Of a stretch of 64,000 nucleotides of DNA, positions 50,248 to 61,274 are shown in pieces (position 1 is the stretch's first letter; each line of letters begins with the position of its first letter). Under the pieces are notes generated by a model, which saw only the letters and a program-made list of their open reading frames with translations, was not told where the DNA came from and ran no database searches. This stretch comes from Prevotella sp. Lineage in GTDB: Bacteria; Bacteroidota; Bacteroidia; Bacteroidales; Bacteroidaceae. The position numbers and the translations under genes were made by a program. Location of the stretch: contig JALFIM010000071.1 in assembly GCA_022775985.1 (NCBI GenBank), positions 45,006-109,005 of the forward strand, written 5' to 3'.

Positions 50248-51543
50248 ATGAATCTGAAATTTCGTCTTGCGTTAATGAATTTCCTGGAATTCGCAGTTTG
50301 GGGTGCATACCTCACGTCAATGGGGAATTATTTTGGCAGAGCCGGGATGGGTGAAAGTATCTCATGGTTTTATGCCATGCAAGGTGTCGTTTCCATATTT
50401 ATGCCGACTCTGATGGGAATCGTTGCTGACAAGTATGTGCAGCCACAAAGACTTCTCGGGTTGTGTCATCTTGCGGCTGGACTTGGCATGATAGCCCTAT
50501 TCCTCATAGGAATGCTTAACCCTCATCCAGATAAGTCGTTGTTCTTCGGTGTATATACTATCAGTGTGGCTTTTTATATGCCAACGCTCGCGCTGTCTAA
50601 TACGACGGCTTTCACTATATTGAAGAAGAACGGGTATGATACGGTATCGGCTTTCCCTCCGATACGCGTGCTTGGCACTGTCGGATTTATCGCTACGATG
50701 TGGTTTGTCAACTGTGCAGTATGGCAGGACGGGCACTTTATGCTGACGTTATCAGAAAATTCAGATAAGTTCCAGTACACGTATATGCAGTTTTTCGTTT
50801 CGGGTGCCCTCAGCATACTGTTTTTTTTGTACAGCATGACACTTCCTGCGTGTGAGCTTGTTGTTGACAAACGCAAGAAGAGCTTTACTGAGATGTTGGG
50901 GCTTGATGCCTTCAAGCTGTTCAAACAGAAAAAGATGGCGCTGTTCTTTGTGTTCTCGGCATTGCTTGGAATGGCTCTGCAGGTCACAAACAGCTATGCT
51001 ACTCCGTTTATAACGAGTTTTAAGAGCATACCAGAGATGGCCAATACTTTCGCGGCTAATAATGCCACATTGCTTGTGTCTTTGTCGCAAATCAGTGAGG
51101 CTCTTTGCATACTTATGATACCATTCTTCTTGCGTAGGTTTGGCATAAAGATGGTGATGCTTATAGCTATGATGGCATGGGTCATGCGTTTCGGATTCTT
51201 CGGGCTTGGTAACCCGTCCATGCCTGGTGTGCTGTTGTTCATCCTTTCATGTATAGTATATGGAGTAGCATTTGATTTCTTCAACGTGTCGGGTGGACTG
51301 TTTGTTGACCAAAAGTGCGAAGAGAATATTAAAGCATCGGCACAGGGCTTGTTCATGCTTATGACAAATGGATTAGGTGCTACTGTCGGTACATTGCTTG
51401 CAGGAGAGATTGTAAACCATTATTGCTCATGGAATGAGGCTGGTTACCTCCTTGGAGATTGGCAGACATGTTGGTATATCTTCGCAGGGTATTCGCTTGT
51501 AGTATGCGTTCTTTTTGCATTGGTTTTCAATCATAAGGATTGA
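50248..51543 (+). CDS. Nucleoside:H+ symporter (NupG/XapB-like MFS)
   Basis: MNFLEFAVWGAY, FPPIRVLGTVGF, SQISE, DFFNVSG. Confidence 0.9.
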   Translation: MNLKFRLALMNFLEFAVWGAYLTSMGNYFGRAGMGESISWFYAMQGVVSIFMPTLMGIVADKYVQPQRLLGLCHLAAGLGMIALFLIGMLNPHPDKSLFFGVYTISVAFYMPTLALSNTTAFTILKKNGYDTVSAFPPIRVLGTVGFIATMWFVNCAVWQDGHFMLTLSENSDKFQYTYMQFFVSGALSILFFLYSMTLPACELVVDKRKKSFTEMLGLDAFKLFKQKKMALFFVFSALLGMALQVTNSYATPFITSFKSIPEMANTFAANNATLLVSLSQISEALCILMIPFFLRRFGIKMVMLIAMMAWVMRFGFFGLGNPSMPGVLLFILSCIVYGVAFDFFNVSGGLFVDQKCEENIKASAQGLFMLMTNGLGATVGTLLAGEIVNHYCSWNEAGYLLGDWQTCWYIFAGYSLVVCVLFALVFNHKD

Positions 51544-51544
51544 C

Positions 51545-52129
51545 ATGTCAAGGTCTAAGCTCATATTCAAGTCTGTATCCAATATAGTAGGATTTAATCA
51601 AGGCGGACTTATTGTCTTAGTTGATGAGACGGAGACCCGTCAACTGTCTGTATTGTGCGACAAGAGCATGCTGTATCAGATAGGATTGCGCTTGTCTGGC
51701 AATGTGATAGCAAAGACGTTGCTGCCCGAAGCGTTGCTGGGAGCATTCGGTTTCGCACGTGGAGACAATGATATGGAGCTCTTCGTGTATAATATCGTAG
51801 ATGGCCAATACAAAGTGATACTGACAGATAATAGGCAGTCTACTTCTGTCCGCATCAGAATGAGTGATGCCGTTCTGCTTACATTGATATCGGATATACC
51901 TATGTTTATATCTGAGCCATTGCTTGAGCAGCAGGGCACTCCTTATATAGAAGGCAGTAAGAATTTGTCTGTCCCGCTCAATTCGTTGAGCAATGCCATG
52001 CTTGATGAGGCTCTTGGCATGGCTGTGCGCTCAGAAAACTACGAGTTGGCATGCCGACTACGTGATGAGAAACAGAGACGTGCTGACGGAAACATGAGCA
52101 TTGGTGGTTTTGAAACGGATGTAAAATGA
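51545..52129 (+). CDS. Bifunctional nuclease (DUF151) plus UVR domain
   Basis: RMSDAVLLTLI; C-terminal AVRSENYELACRLRDE. Confidence 0.75.
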   Translation: MSRSKLIFKSVSNIVGFNQGGLIVLVDETETRQLSVLCDKSMLYQIGLRLSGNVIAKTLLPEALLGAFGFARGDNDMELFVYNIVDGQYKVILTDNRQSTSVRIRMSDAVLLTLISDIPMFISEPLLEQQGTPYIEGSKNLSVPLNSLSNAMLDEALGMAVRSENYELACRLRDEKQRRADGNMSIGGFETDVK

Positions 52130-52845
52130 AAGAAGCAAGATATTTCTATGTGCCAAATGCTGCTGACAGTATGGAGCTGCCGGCAGAAGAATCAACTCAT
52201 GCTCTTCGCGTGTTGCGATTGCAGCCTGGTGACGAGATGTTTCTTCTTGATGGAGAGGGACACGTGTACAAGGCCGTAGTCACGATGACAGGCAAGCATT
52301 GCTATTATGAGATAGTAGCAAATGAGAGCCAACAACGCACATGGAGTGTGGATATAAGACTCGCGATAGCTCCAACAAAGATGATGGAGCGTATGGAATG
52401 GCTCGCCGAGAAAGCTACGGAGATAGGCTTTGATGAACTTGCATTCCTTGATTGTAAGTTCTCAGAACGTAAGACTTTGCGTATAGATAGAATAGAGAAG
52501 ATAGTGGTGTCGGCAATGAAGCAGAGCCGAAAACCGTTTCTTCCCAAAGTCAAGGCCTTATGCAAGTTTGATGATTTTGTGCAGAATGCAACCGAGGGAC
52601 ATAGGTATATAGCCCATTGTTATGCCGAAGTTGAGCGCAAGGACTTGTTTGAAGAATTGACCAATATAGATGATGACGCTCCTGTTACGGTAATGATTGG
52701 ACCTGAAGGTGATTTCTCTATTGAGGAAGTGCGGAGGGCCGTTAGTGCAGGTTTCGTCTCGGTGTCATTGGGCAGCAGCAGACTACGCACGGAGACGGCA
52801 GGGCTGTATGCTGTCATGATGAGTCAACTTGTAAAGCGTAATTGA
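52126..52845 (+). CDS. rsmE: 16S rRNA m3U1498 methyltransferase
   Basis: HALRVLRL, EKATEIG, IGPEGDFS, RLRTETA. Confidence 0.94.
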   Translation: MKEARYFYVPNAADSMELPAEESTHALRVLRLQPGDEMFLLDGEGHVYKAVVTMTGKHCYYEIVANESQQRTWSVDIRLAIAPTKMMERMEWLAEKATEIGFDELAFLDCKFSERKTLRIDRIEKIVVSAMKQSRKPFLPKVKALCKFDDFVQNATEGHRYIAHCYAEVERKDLFEELTNIDDDAPVTVMIGPEGDFSIEEVRRAVSAGFVSVSLGSSRLRTETAGLYAVMMSQLVKRN

Positions 52846-52927
52846 GGGATTGCAGGATAACTATCATTTGTTTCGTATTATAGAGAGGCTGCCGTATGCA
52901 GTCGTATATTGAAACTTAACTGTTTAG

Positions 52928-54295
52928 ATGAAAATGAATGAAATCAAGAGATTATTCAGACTTGGCGTGTTGTTGATGGTAATTGCCATCATGGCATCAT
53001 GCTCCAAGAACGACTATAAACTTATTGTTCCGTCAAATTGTACTGCGTTGATGTCGGTAGACCTAAGCCAATTGTCTGCTACTGGAATAGGACAAAAAAT
53101 CGGTTCGTTGCTGATGGTGGACAATGCGGACAATAGCGGTATAGATTTCAAATCCAAACTGTATCTTTTTGAGACTGCAGATGGTGACATGGGAGTATGT
53201 GCCAGTATTGACAGCAAGTCTGATTTCACGGATATGCTGGAGTCGTTGGCAAAGAAAGGCAACTGCACTCGTATCACCAAACGACATGACATAAACTATG
53301 CCTTGCTCAGAAATTCGTGGCTCGTCGGCTTTGATGACAGCCGTGTCGTGCTTATCGGGCCGATAACACCTTCTCAGCAGACCGATGCTATGCAGACTGT
53401 GAGAAAGTATTTCGGCCAAGATGAGGAGCACAGTATGCTTGTAACGCGAATGTACGAGCGGCTTGACGCAATGGAAAGTCCTGTCGGGTTGGTGTGCCGT
53501 GTTGATGCTCTTCCTGAGAAAATAGCCTTGCCGTTCTTGCTTGGTGCGCCGAAAGACGCTGATGCCTCGCAGGTAATGGTTGCCGCTACTATTCGTAATG
53601 AGGCAGAGACTATGATTGTAGAGTATGACACATATTCTGACAATGCGCGTATAGATGAATCGTTGAATGCCGCAAGAACAAATTTTCGCCAGTTAGGTGC
53701 GAATGCCTTTGACAGGTATGACAGCAACTCTGCTTTAGGACTGTTCTTGGATGTAAATGGCAGCTCTTTCTTGCCTTATCTTCAGAACAACAAGGCCACG
53801 CAAAGTCTCTTGGCAGGAATAAACACGATAATAGATATTGACAATATCTTGCGCAGTGTAGATGGCGAGCTTGTTGTAAGCATTCCAAAAGTTATGAATA
53901 ACGACAATGTGTCCCAAGTGAGGCTCATGGCAAAACTCGCGAGCTTGGAGTGGATGAAGGATATAGACTACTGGAAAAAATCATGTCCTTCAGGCGCGAG
54001 CATCTCAGACGTAGGGTCAAGGGCTTATTGTTGTTCTAATGGGAATATGGAATTCTATTTCGGCGTAACTCCCAAGCAGTATTTCGTGAGCGGCAATAAT
54101 GCTTCTGATGTCACCGATGGTGATGAGGCCGTATCCGCACAACTTCCACAGTCTGTGAAAACGCAGATGGCTGGCCACAGGTTGGCACTGGTGCTGAACG
54201 TGAAATCTGTTATTGGCAATGACAATAAAGGCGTAGAGCAAATAATAGGCTCATTGCTTGGGGATGTAAGGTATATATGTTGTGTTAAGAAATAA
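52928..54295 (+). CDS. Lipoprotein of unknown function (DUF4836-like)
   Basis: Lipobox MASC; coupled to ABC genes. Confidence 0.65.
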   Translation: MKMNEIKRLFRLGVLLMVIAIMASCSKNDYKLIVPSNCTALMSVDLSQLSATGIGQKIGSLLMVDNADNSGIDFKSKLYLFETADGDMGVCASIDSKSDFTDMLESLAKKGNCTRITKRHDINYALLRNSWLVGFDDSRVVLIGPITPSQQTDAMQTVRKYFGQDEEHSMLVTRMYERLDAMESPVGLVCRVDALPEKIALPFLLGAPKDADASQVMVAATIRNEAETMIVEYDTYSDNARIDESLNAARTNFRQLGANAFDRYDSNSALGLFLDVNGSSFLPYLQNNKATQSLLAGINTIIDIDNILRSVDGELVVSIPKVMNNDNVSQVRLMAKLASLEWMKDIDYWKKSCPSGASISDVGSRAYCCSNGNMEFYFGVTPKQYFVSGNNASDVTDGDEAVSAQLPQSVKTQMAGHRLALVLNVKSVIGNDNKGVEQIIGSLLGDVRYICCVKK

Positions 54296-54297
54296 CA

Positions 54298-54942
54298 ATG
54301 GACAAGATATTCTTTAATTCAGTATTGCCGAGTGTATTCAGCAAACGTAGTGACCTCTGTTCTGAGATATGGAACTCAGAGACTTGCTTTGATAAAGGTC
54401 ATCTCTATCTTGTTGAGGCTGAAAGCGGCAAGGGCAAGAGCACATTCTGTAGCTATATCCTCGGGTACAGGCATGATTATTCAGGTGATATCCGTTTTGA
54501 TGATGTGGATATCAGTAGTTTAGGGGTCAGCCAATGGGTCGAGATAAGGCAACGGCACATCAGTCATTTGTTTCAAGAACTCAGGTTGTTTCCAGAGCTG
54601 ACGGCATGGGAAAATGTCGAAATCAAGAACAATATATCACACTTTCATGATTCTGCTACAATCAAGCGTTGGTTTGACGCGCTCGGTATCGCAGACAAGG
54701 TGGACAGCAAGATAGGCAACATGTCATTCGGACAGCAACAACGTGTGGCTATGATAAGAGCGCTGTCACAGCCATTTGACTTCATCGTGGTAGATGAGCC
54801 TATCAGTCATCTCGATGATGCTAATGCCGCGGTGATGGGAGATATCATGATGGCAGAGGCCAAACGTCAGGGGGCGGGTGTCATTGTGACGAGTATTGGT
54901 AAGCACATGAACCTTGACTACGAGAAAATAATTAAGCTATGA
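54298..54942 (+). CDS. ABC transporter ATP-binding protein
   Basis: ESGKGKST, SFGQQQR, VDEP. Confidence 0.92.
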   Translation: MDKIFFNSVLPSVFSKRSDLCSEIWNSETCFDKGHLYLVEAESGKGKSTFCSYILGYRHDYSGDIRFDDVDISSLGVSQWVEIRQRHISHLFQELRLFPELTAWENVEIKNNISHFHDSATIKRWFDALGIADKVDSKIGNMSFGQQQRVAMIRALSQPFDFIVVDEPISHLDDANAAVMGDIMMAEAKRQGAGVIVTSIGKHMNLDYEKIIKL

Positions 54943-56138
54943 GTCTTATTTGGAAATTATTGAGGCAAAATATCAGTATACCTCAGTTTGTGGGGTTCTT
55001 CTTCTCCAACCTGCTTGGTATGTTTATCGTGCTGTTCGGCTTTCAGTTTTACCGTGACGTATTGCCTGTGTTTACACAGACAGACAGCTTCATGAAGTCT
55101 GAGTATGTCATAATAAACAAGAAGATAAGTGCCACGACAACTCTTTCGGGGCGTATAAACACGTTCAGCAAGTCGGAGATAGCGGACATAGAGAATCAGA
55201 AGTTCGTCAAGAGCGTAGGCTCATTCACGTCTACCAATTACAAGGTAGATGCCGCAATGGGAGTGAATGGCGTGTCAATACTCAATACCGAGCTCTTCTT
55301 CGAGAGCATACCAGACGCATTTGTTGATGCCCCCTCCGACCAATGGCATTATACCCCAGGCGAGACAACAGTACCCGTTGTGCTGCCTAAGTCGTACATC
55401 ACAATGTACAACTTCGGCTTCGCTCAGACGCATTCACTGCCGAAGATTTCAGATGGACTTGCGGGCATGATAGACATAAACATTTATGCCAACGGCAATG
55501 GGAGGCATGGAGAGTTTAAGGGCAAGGTCATAGGTTTCTCAAGCAGACTCAGTTCTATTCTCGTCCCAGAGGCGTTTATGAAGTGGAGTAATGGGTATTT
55601 CGCCCCAGGAACCTCTGATGAGCCAACACGGCTGATGCTTGACGTGTCCGACCCTACCGACAGCAGACTCGCCCAATACATTGACAACAATGGGTATGAG
55701 ACCCAGACAGACAACGGCAATGTAGCCAAGATGGCATCATTTCTTAAGTTCATGGTGCTTATAGTCGTGATAATAGGTCTTACTATTTCCGCACTCAGCT
55801 TTTATATACTCATGCTCAGTATATATCTGCTTGTGCAGAAAAACTCATACAAGCTCGAGAACTTGCTGCTTATCGGGTATAGTCCTTCGAGTGTGGCACG
55901 GCCATACCAGTGGCTGACGATAGGCTTGAATGCAGGAGTGCTCATCATAGCCTTGGCATTGTTGTGGGCAGTAAGGAATACTTATCTTGACGTGTTGCTC
56001 ACCCTGCTTCCAGATATTGACGACGTGTCTTTCATACCGACGGCATTGTTGGGATTGGCATTGCTGATGGTAGTATCAATGATAAATGTTGTTGTCATAA
56101 GACATAAGGTGCTGACCTTATGGAAAAATAAAGACTGA
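54939..56138 (+). CDS. ABC transporter permease (FtsX/MacB-like)
   Basis: One N-terminal TM, large periplasmic loop, three C-terminal TMs, LLLIGYSP. Confidence 0.82.
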   Translation: MSLIWKLLRQNISIPQFVGFFFSNLLGMFIVLFGFQFYRDVLPVFTQTDSFMKSEYVIINKKISATTTLSGRINTFSKSEIADIENQKFVKSVGSFTSTNYKVDAAMGVNGVSILNTELFFESIPDAFVDAPSDQWHYTPGETTVPVVLPKSYITMYNFGFAQTHSLPKISDGLAGMIDINIYANGNGRHGEFKGKVIGFSSRLSSILVPEAFMKWSNGYFAPGTSDEPTRLMLDVSDPTDSRLAQYIDNNGYETQTDNGNVAKMASFLKFMVLIVVIIGLTISALSFYILMLSIYLLVQKNSYKLENLLLIGYSPSSVARPYQWLTIGLNAGVLIIALALLWAVRNTYLDVLLTLLPDIDDVSFIPTALLGLALLMVVSMINVVVIRHKVLTLWKNKD

Positions 56139-56159
56139 GCATTGCCGACTCTGTAAAAA

Positions 56160-56198
56160 ACAACAGGCACGGCCCACAAGAATGGCCGTGCCTGTTGT
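56160..56198. terminator. Bidirectional terminator
   Basis: CAACAGGCACGGCC / GGCCGTGCCTGTTG between convergent genes. Confidence 0.75.
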
Positions 56199-56202
56199 CG
56201 TA

Positions 56203-56697
56203 TTATTTCGTACCTAATGTGATGACCTCGCAGTCAGTGAACTTATCTCCGTCAATAGTCAGTCTGACTATCGTCCTCTCCTTGTGCCACCCGTATGCCC
56301 CAGCTGCTCCAGGGTTGATGTGGAGAAGTCCAAGATGCTTGTCATATTGAATCTTCAGTATGTGCGAGTGCCCCGATATAAACAGTTTTGGCGGTGAGGC
56401 CATAATCTTTCCTACGATGCTTCGGTCGTAGTTTCCGGGATAGCCGCCGATGTGCTTCATCAGCACGTCTACATCCTCACACTTGAATCTCAGGGTCTCT
56501 TTGAACATAAGTCTCAGGTCTCCGCCATCGCAGTTTCCGTAGACACCGCGCAGCGGGCGAAATGCCGCAAGCCTGTCGGCTACTTCCGTAGTGCCGAAAT
56601 CGCCGGCATGCCATATCTCATCACAAGGCTCAAAGTAGTGCAGATACTTATCGTCCCACAGCCCGTGAGTGTCACTCAGTATTCCTATGCGTTTCAT
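56203..56697 (-). CDS. YfcE-type metallophosphoesterase
   Basis: LSDTH, HAGD, GNCD, GHSH, NPG. Confidence 0.9.
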   Translation of the reverse strand: MKRIGILSDTHGLWDDKYLHYFEPCDEIWHAGDFGTTEVADRLAAFRPLRGVYGNCDGGDLRLMFKETLRFKCEDVDVLMKHIGGYPGNYDRSIVGKIMASPPKLFISGHSHILKIQYDKHLGLLHINPGAAGAYGWHKERTIVRLTIDGDKFTDCEVITLGTK

Positions 56698-57755
56698 TAC
56701 TTGTTCTCGGAAGTGCGCTCTGCCAAAGCCCTAAGAGCCGACAGCAGGGTGTTGTTCTCATTTCTTGTGCCAATGGTTATGCGCAGACAGTTGCCGCATT
56801 TGGTTATCTTCGACCTGTTTCTCACTATTATGCCGTTGCTTATGAGATAGTCGTATATGGCATCGGCATCATTCATCTCCACCAATATGAAGTTGGCGTT
56901 CGACGGAAACACCTTCTCGCATATAGGCAACACGCTGATGGCCTCGGACATACGGTCGCGTTCCTGTATGATGGTGGCTACCCATTTGTTCACATTCAGC
57001 ACTTTGCTTATGGCCTCATTGGCACACTTCTGCGTCAGGTTGTTCACATTGTATGGGTACTTCACCTTGTTGAACACGTCTATTATATCCTTGTTGGCGA
57101 AAGCCATGCCCATGCGTATGCCCGCAAGTCCCCATGCCTTGCTCATCGTGTTGAGCACTATGAGGTTGGGGTATTGGTCAAGGACGAACCTGAATGCTTT
57201 TTGATTCGAGAAGTCAGAATATGCCTCGTCTATGATGGTGATACCGGGAAATGTGTCGAGAATTTTCCTTATCTCGTCAGCGTTAAGGTCGTTTGATGTA
57301 GGGTTATTGGGGGAACAAATCCACATCAGCTTAGTGTTGTCGTCACAGGCAGCAAGCATTCTGTCGGCATTGATGTCGAATTTGTCATCAAGCAGCACCC
57401 GTCGGTATTCCACGTCGTTTATGTCAGCGCACACCTTGTACATGCCGTATGTCGGCTCAATGGCTACGACATTGTCTTTTCCTGGTCGGCAGAAGCAGCG
57501 GTAGGCCAAGTCTATGGTCTCGTCACTGCCGTTGCCGATGCATATCTGCTCAGGTCTCACGCCCTTTATCCGTGCCAGATTCTGCTTCAGCTCTTTCTGT
57601 AAGGGGTCTGGATAGCGGTTGAGGGGAGAGTTGTACGGATTCTCGTTGGCATCAAGGAATACGTAGTCGCCTTGTCCCGAGAACTCGTCACGTGCGCAAC
57701 TGTATGGCTGCAGCTTGAGAATATTGGGGCGGAGCAACTGTTCTAATGTTTTCAT
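56697..57755 (-). CDS. hisC: Histidinol-phosphate aminotransferase
   Basis: [43 protein letters not shown]. Confidence 0.96.
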   Translation of the reverse strand: MKTLEQLLRPNILKLQPYSCARDEFSGQGDYVFLDANENPYNSPLNRYPDPLQKELKQNLARIKGVRPEQICIGNGSDETIDLAYRCFCRPGKDNVVAIEPTYGMYKVCADINDVEYRRVLLDDKFDINADRMLAACDDNTKLMWICSPNNPTSNDLNADEIRKILDTFPGITIIDEAYSDFSNQKAFRFVLDQYPNLIVLNTMSKAWGLAGIRMGMAFANKDIIDVFNKVKYPYNVNNLTQKCANEAISKVLNVNKWVATIIQERDRMSEAISVLPICEKVFPSNANFILVEMNDADAIYDYLISNGIIVRNRSKITKCGNCLRITIGTRNENNTLLSALRALAERTSENK

Positions 57756-57784
57756 TGTCGTTGAGTTAGTTCATGAAAATCGTT

Positions 57785-59077
57785 TTACTCACGGCCAGTC
57801 ACGTCGCGAAGTCTCACTGTCATGGCGTTCTTGTGGGCATGCAGCTGCTCGTTCTCAGCCATCAGCTCCACGGTGCGCCCTATTGACAGCACTCCTTGCT
57901 CATCAAGGTGCTGGAATGTAATCTTCCTCATGAAACTGTCAAGGTTTACACCGCTGTAAGCCGTGGCATAGCCATGAGTGGGCAGTGTGTGGTTTGTGCC
58001 GCTGGCATAGTCGCCGGCACTCTCACAGGCATATTTCCCAAGAAACACGCTGCCGGCGTTGACCACTTTCTCGGCAAGCGACATATAGTCGTCAACGGCC
58101 AGTATCAGATGCTCTGGTGCATAGGCGTTAGACAGCGCCATGGCTTCGTCGAGGGTGTGCATGACGACGCACTTGCTGTTGGCGAGCGCACGTGTGGCAA
58201 TGTCTTTGCGTGGGAGCACGGCGAGCTGTGTCTCTATCTCGGCATTCACGGCATCGGCTATATGCTCCGATGTGGTGATGAGCAGCACCTGTGAGTCGCC
58301 GCCATGCTCAGCCTGCGACAGCAGGTCTGCGGCTACATACCGCACGTTGCTGCCCTCATCGGCTATGACGCACACCTCCGACGGGCCAGCGGGCATGTCT
58401 ATCGCCACGTCGCCGAGGCTCACCTGTTGCTTTGCAGCCATGACGTACTGATTGCCAGGGCCGAAAATCTTGCTCACCTTCGGCACGCTCTCTGTACCAT
58501 AGGCCATGGATGCGATGGCTTGTACGCCGCCTATCTTGAATATATCGCTCACACCAGCCACCGAGGCGGCAAAGAGAATGGCGGGGTTTACCTTCCCCCT
58601 CTTGTCAGGAGGCGTGCATAGCACAATGTTCTTGCACCCTGCTATCTTGGCGGGCGTGGCGAGCATCAGCACGGTAGAGAAGAGTGGGGCTGTGCCGCCC
58701 GGTATATAGAGACCTACCTTCTCTATTGGTACGCTTCTCTGCCAGCACTCCACACCGGGTGCCGTAGTCACCTTTATGCCGCTGAACGACTGCGCACTGT
58801 GAAACCTGTATATGTTCTCATGTGCCTGACGTATGGCCTGCTTCAGGTCGCCGTCAATCATATTCTCTGCCTCGTCTATCTCCTGCTGGCATACCTTGAG
58901 GTCTGTGAGGGCTACATGGTCGAACTTCTCCTCATAGCGTCTTATGGCATCATCACCGCCAGCCCTCACATCATTGATGACGGTACGTACCGTATCATTG
59001 AGCTGCGACATGTCAAGGTGCGGACGCTCTATGATAGACTTCCATGCATCAGCGGATGGGTATCTTATTATTCTCAT
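57785..59077 (-). CDS. hisD: Histidinol dehydrogenase
   Basis: GLYIPGG, GPGNQYV, DMPAGPSE, QAEHG, APEHL, GDYASGTNHTLPT. Confidence 0.97.
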   Translation of the reverse strand: MRIIRYPSADAWKSIIERPHLDMSQLNDTVRTVINDVRAGGDDAIRRYEEKFDHVALTDLKVCQQEIDEAENMIDGDLKQAIRQAHENIYRFHSAQSFSGIKVTTAPGVECWQRSVPIEKVGLYIPGGTAPLFSTVLMLATPAKIAGCKNIVLCTPPDKRGKVNPAILFAASVAGVSDIFKIGGVQAIASMAYGTESVPKVSKIFGPGNQYVMAAKQQVSLGDVAIDMPAGPSEVCVIADEGSNVRYVAADLLSQAEHGGDSQVLLITTSEHIADAVNAEIETQLAVLPRKDIATRALANSKCVVMHTLDEAMALSNAYAPEHLILAVDDYMSLAEKVVNAGSVFLGKYACESAGDYASGTNHTLPTHGYATAYSGVNLDSFMRKITFQHLDEQGVLSIGRTVELMAENEQLHAHKNAMTVRLRDVTGRE

Positions 59078-59925
59078 AATATCATCTTTTCTATCGGGCT
59101 TACAAGGATGCCTTGTGCGCCGAGCTCTTTCAGTTTACCTATAATCTCCCAGAAACATTTCTCGTCGAGCACCGTGTGTATAGAGCACCAGTCGCTGTCG
59201 GCCAATGGTATCACCGTAGGACTCTTTATGCCGGGCAGCACCTTTATTATGTTCTCTATCTGAGACTTCGGTGCATTCATCATGACATATTTCTTGTCAA
59301 TGGCCGAGCGCACGGCCTCGAAGCGGAACATCATCTCGTTGAGTATGTTGTGCTTCTCATCGTCCATGTTCCAGTTGCCTATGAGCAGGGCCTCGCTCTT
59401 CATCACCACCTCCACCTCACGTAGGTTGTTGCTCACGAGCGTGCTTCCAGAGCTCACGATGTCGAAGATGGCATCGGCAAGTCCTATGCCGGGGCTTATC
59501 TCCACGCTGCCGGTGATGACGTGTATGTCCGCATTTATAGCGTTCTTCTTTAGGTACTTTCTCAGTATGTTGGGGTAGGAAGTGGCTATGCGCTTGCCGT
59601 TGAACCATGTCAGATCCTTGTAGTTCACTTCTTTTGGTATGGCGAGTGACAGACGGCACTTGCTGAATCCCAGCCGTGAGATGACCTGTGCGTTCTCCTC
59701 TTTCTCCATATATTCGTTCTCGCCGACTATGCCTATGTCGGCCACGCCGTTGGCGACGCTCTGCGGAATATCATCATCGCGCAGATATAAGACTTCAAGT
59801 GGAAAATTGCTCGACTGAACGAGCAGCGTGCGTTTGCTTGAACTCACCTTGATGTCTGCTTCGGCGAGAAGATTCATCGTGTCCTCAAACAAACGGCCTT
59901 TTGATTGAACTGCTATACGTAACAT
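59074..59925 (-). CDS. hisG: ATP phosphoribosyltransferase (long form)
   Basis: IAVQSKGRL, RDDDIP, ATSYP, GSVE, DIVSSGSTL. Confidence 0.97.
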   Translation of the reverse strand: MLRIAVQSKGRLFEDTMNLLAEADIKVSSSKRTLLVQSSNFPLEVLYLRDDDIPQSVANGVADIGIVGENEYMEKEENAQVISRLGFSKCRLSLAIPKEVNYKDLTWFNGKRIATSYPNILRKYLKKNAINADIHVITGSVEISPGIGLADAIFDIVSSGSTLVSNNLREVEVVMKSEALLIGNWNMDDEKHNILNEMMFRFEAVRSAIDKKYVMMNAPKSQIENIIKVLPGIKSPTVIPLADSDWCSIHTVLDEKCFWEIIGKLKELGAQGILVSPIEKMIL

Positions 59926-60014
59926 AATTAATCGTTTTCGTGAAAAATCAAAGCAAAAGTACGTCTTTTTGGTTGAAATTCCAAAAAAAGAGCTAACTTT
60001 GTATTATAATTCGT

Positions 60015-61205
60015 ATGTATTTGAGAATTTTATTTATATTATCTACATTTATATTTATTGTAGGCTGCTCTGAACGCAAGCAACAGGTGACCACGCCTTG
60101 GGGAACATCCATTGGCGAGGACGACAGTGTGGGCGTGGGTATGAACTATTCCTATGACGACATCATAAGCAATGGCGAGCTGATAGTCCTCACCATGAGC
60201 GGCCCTGACACATATTTTGAGTATCAGGGGCGTAATATGGGCACACAGTATCTGCTGTGTGAGAAGTTTGCCCAGAAGATAGGCGTCAGTCTTAGGGTGG
60301 AGGTCTGTAAGGATACGGCGGAAGTAGTGCGGCGGCTTGAGGCCGGCGACGCAGACATCGCCATGATGCAGTTTCGCCGTGGCGGCGACTCACGGCTCCT
60401 CTATTGTGGGGCCAGCTCAGCCGATGATATGATGGCTTGGGCCGTAAGCGGCCAGAACAAAGAACTTGCCGACTCCCTTGACAAGTGGTACAACCCATCG
60501 CTCATGAGCGAGGTGCGCAGAGAGGAGCGTCGTGCGTACTCTTCAAACAGCGTACACAGGCATGTCTATGCTCCCGTGCTGAATGCTACGCGTGGTCAGA
60601 TATCTCCATACGATGAGTATTTCAAGATGTACGCCCCCGGACTGCGCTGGGACTGGCGGCTTCTTGCGGCACAGTGCTATCAGGAGTCCACCTTCGACCC
60701 CAAGGCATACTCATGGGCAGGAGCACGCGGACTCATGCAGATTATGCCGTCTACCGCTGCCAGTCTCGGGCTTGCTGAGACCGACATGTATTCAGCAGGG
60801 CCCAACATAGAGGCGGCCACACGCTACATAGCACGGCTTAACGGCTACTTCGCCGATGTGAGAAACGCCGATGAGCGTATAAACTTCGTGCTTGCCAGCT
60901 ACAATGGCGGCCATTTCCACATACGCGACGCGATGGCTCTGGCACGCAAGTACGGCCGCAATCAGTACTCATGGGCACAGGTGTCGGAGTTTGTCTCTAA
61001 GCTGTCGTCACCAACGTACTACCGCGACCCTGTGGTGAAGTATGGCTATATGCGTGGCAGTGAGACCGTAGGCTATGTGTCAAGCATACGCCAGCGATGG
61101 GACAAGTACAGGCGTACTGTACACGGTGGCAGCATGAATTTCGTAGGCGGCAGCTCCGACTATACGCCAAGGAAGGCGTCGCGTAAGAGCCGTTTCAGTA
61201 TCTGA
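60015..61205 (+). CDS. MltF-like lytic transglycosylase (SBP plus SLT)
   Basis: Lipobox; YQESTFDP, GARGLMQIMP, ASYNGG. Confidence 0.88.
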   Translation: MYLRILFILSTFIFIVGCSERKQQVTTPWGTSIGEDDSVGVGMNYSYDDIISNGELIVLTMSGPDTYFEYQGRNMGTQYLLCEKFAQKIGVSLRVEVCKDTAEVVRRLEAGDADIAMMQFRRGGDSRLLYCGASSADDMMAWAVSGQNKELADSLDKWYNPSLMSEVRREERRAYSSNSVHRHVYAPVLNATRGQISPYDEYFKMYAPGLRWDWRLLAAQCYQESTFDPKAYSWAGARGLMQIMPSTAASLGLAETDMYSAGPNIEAATRYIARLNGYFADVRNADERINFVLASYNGGHFHIRDAMALARKYGRNQYSWAQVSEFVSKLSSPTYYRDPVVKYGYMRGSETVGYVSSIRQRWDKYRRTVHGGSMNFVGGSSDYTPRKASRKSRFSI

Positions 61206-61274
61206 CAAGGTTTTCTGCCGTTTCTTCGAGTAACATTTATTTGCTTATATAACGTATTGATATACAGTATATTA

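Noticed and set aside
59926-60014. His leader peptide / attenuator upstream of hisG
   Set aside because: The 89-nt spacer holds divergent TAnnTTTG boxes, leaving no room, and has no His codon run.
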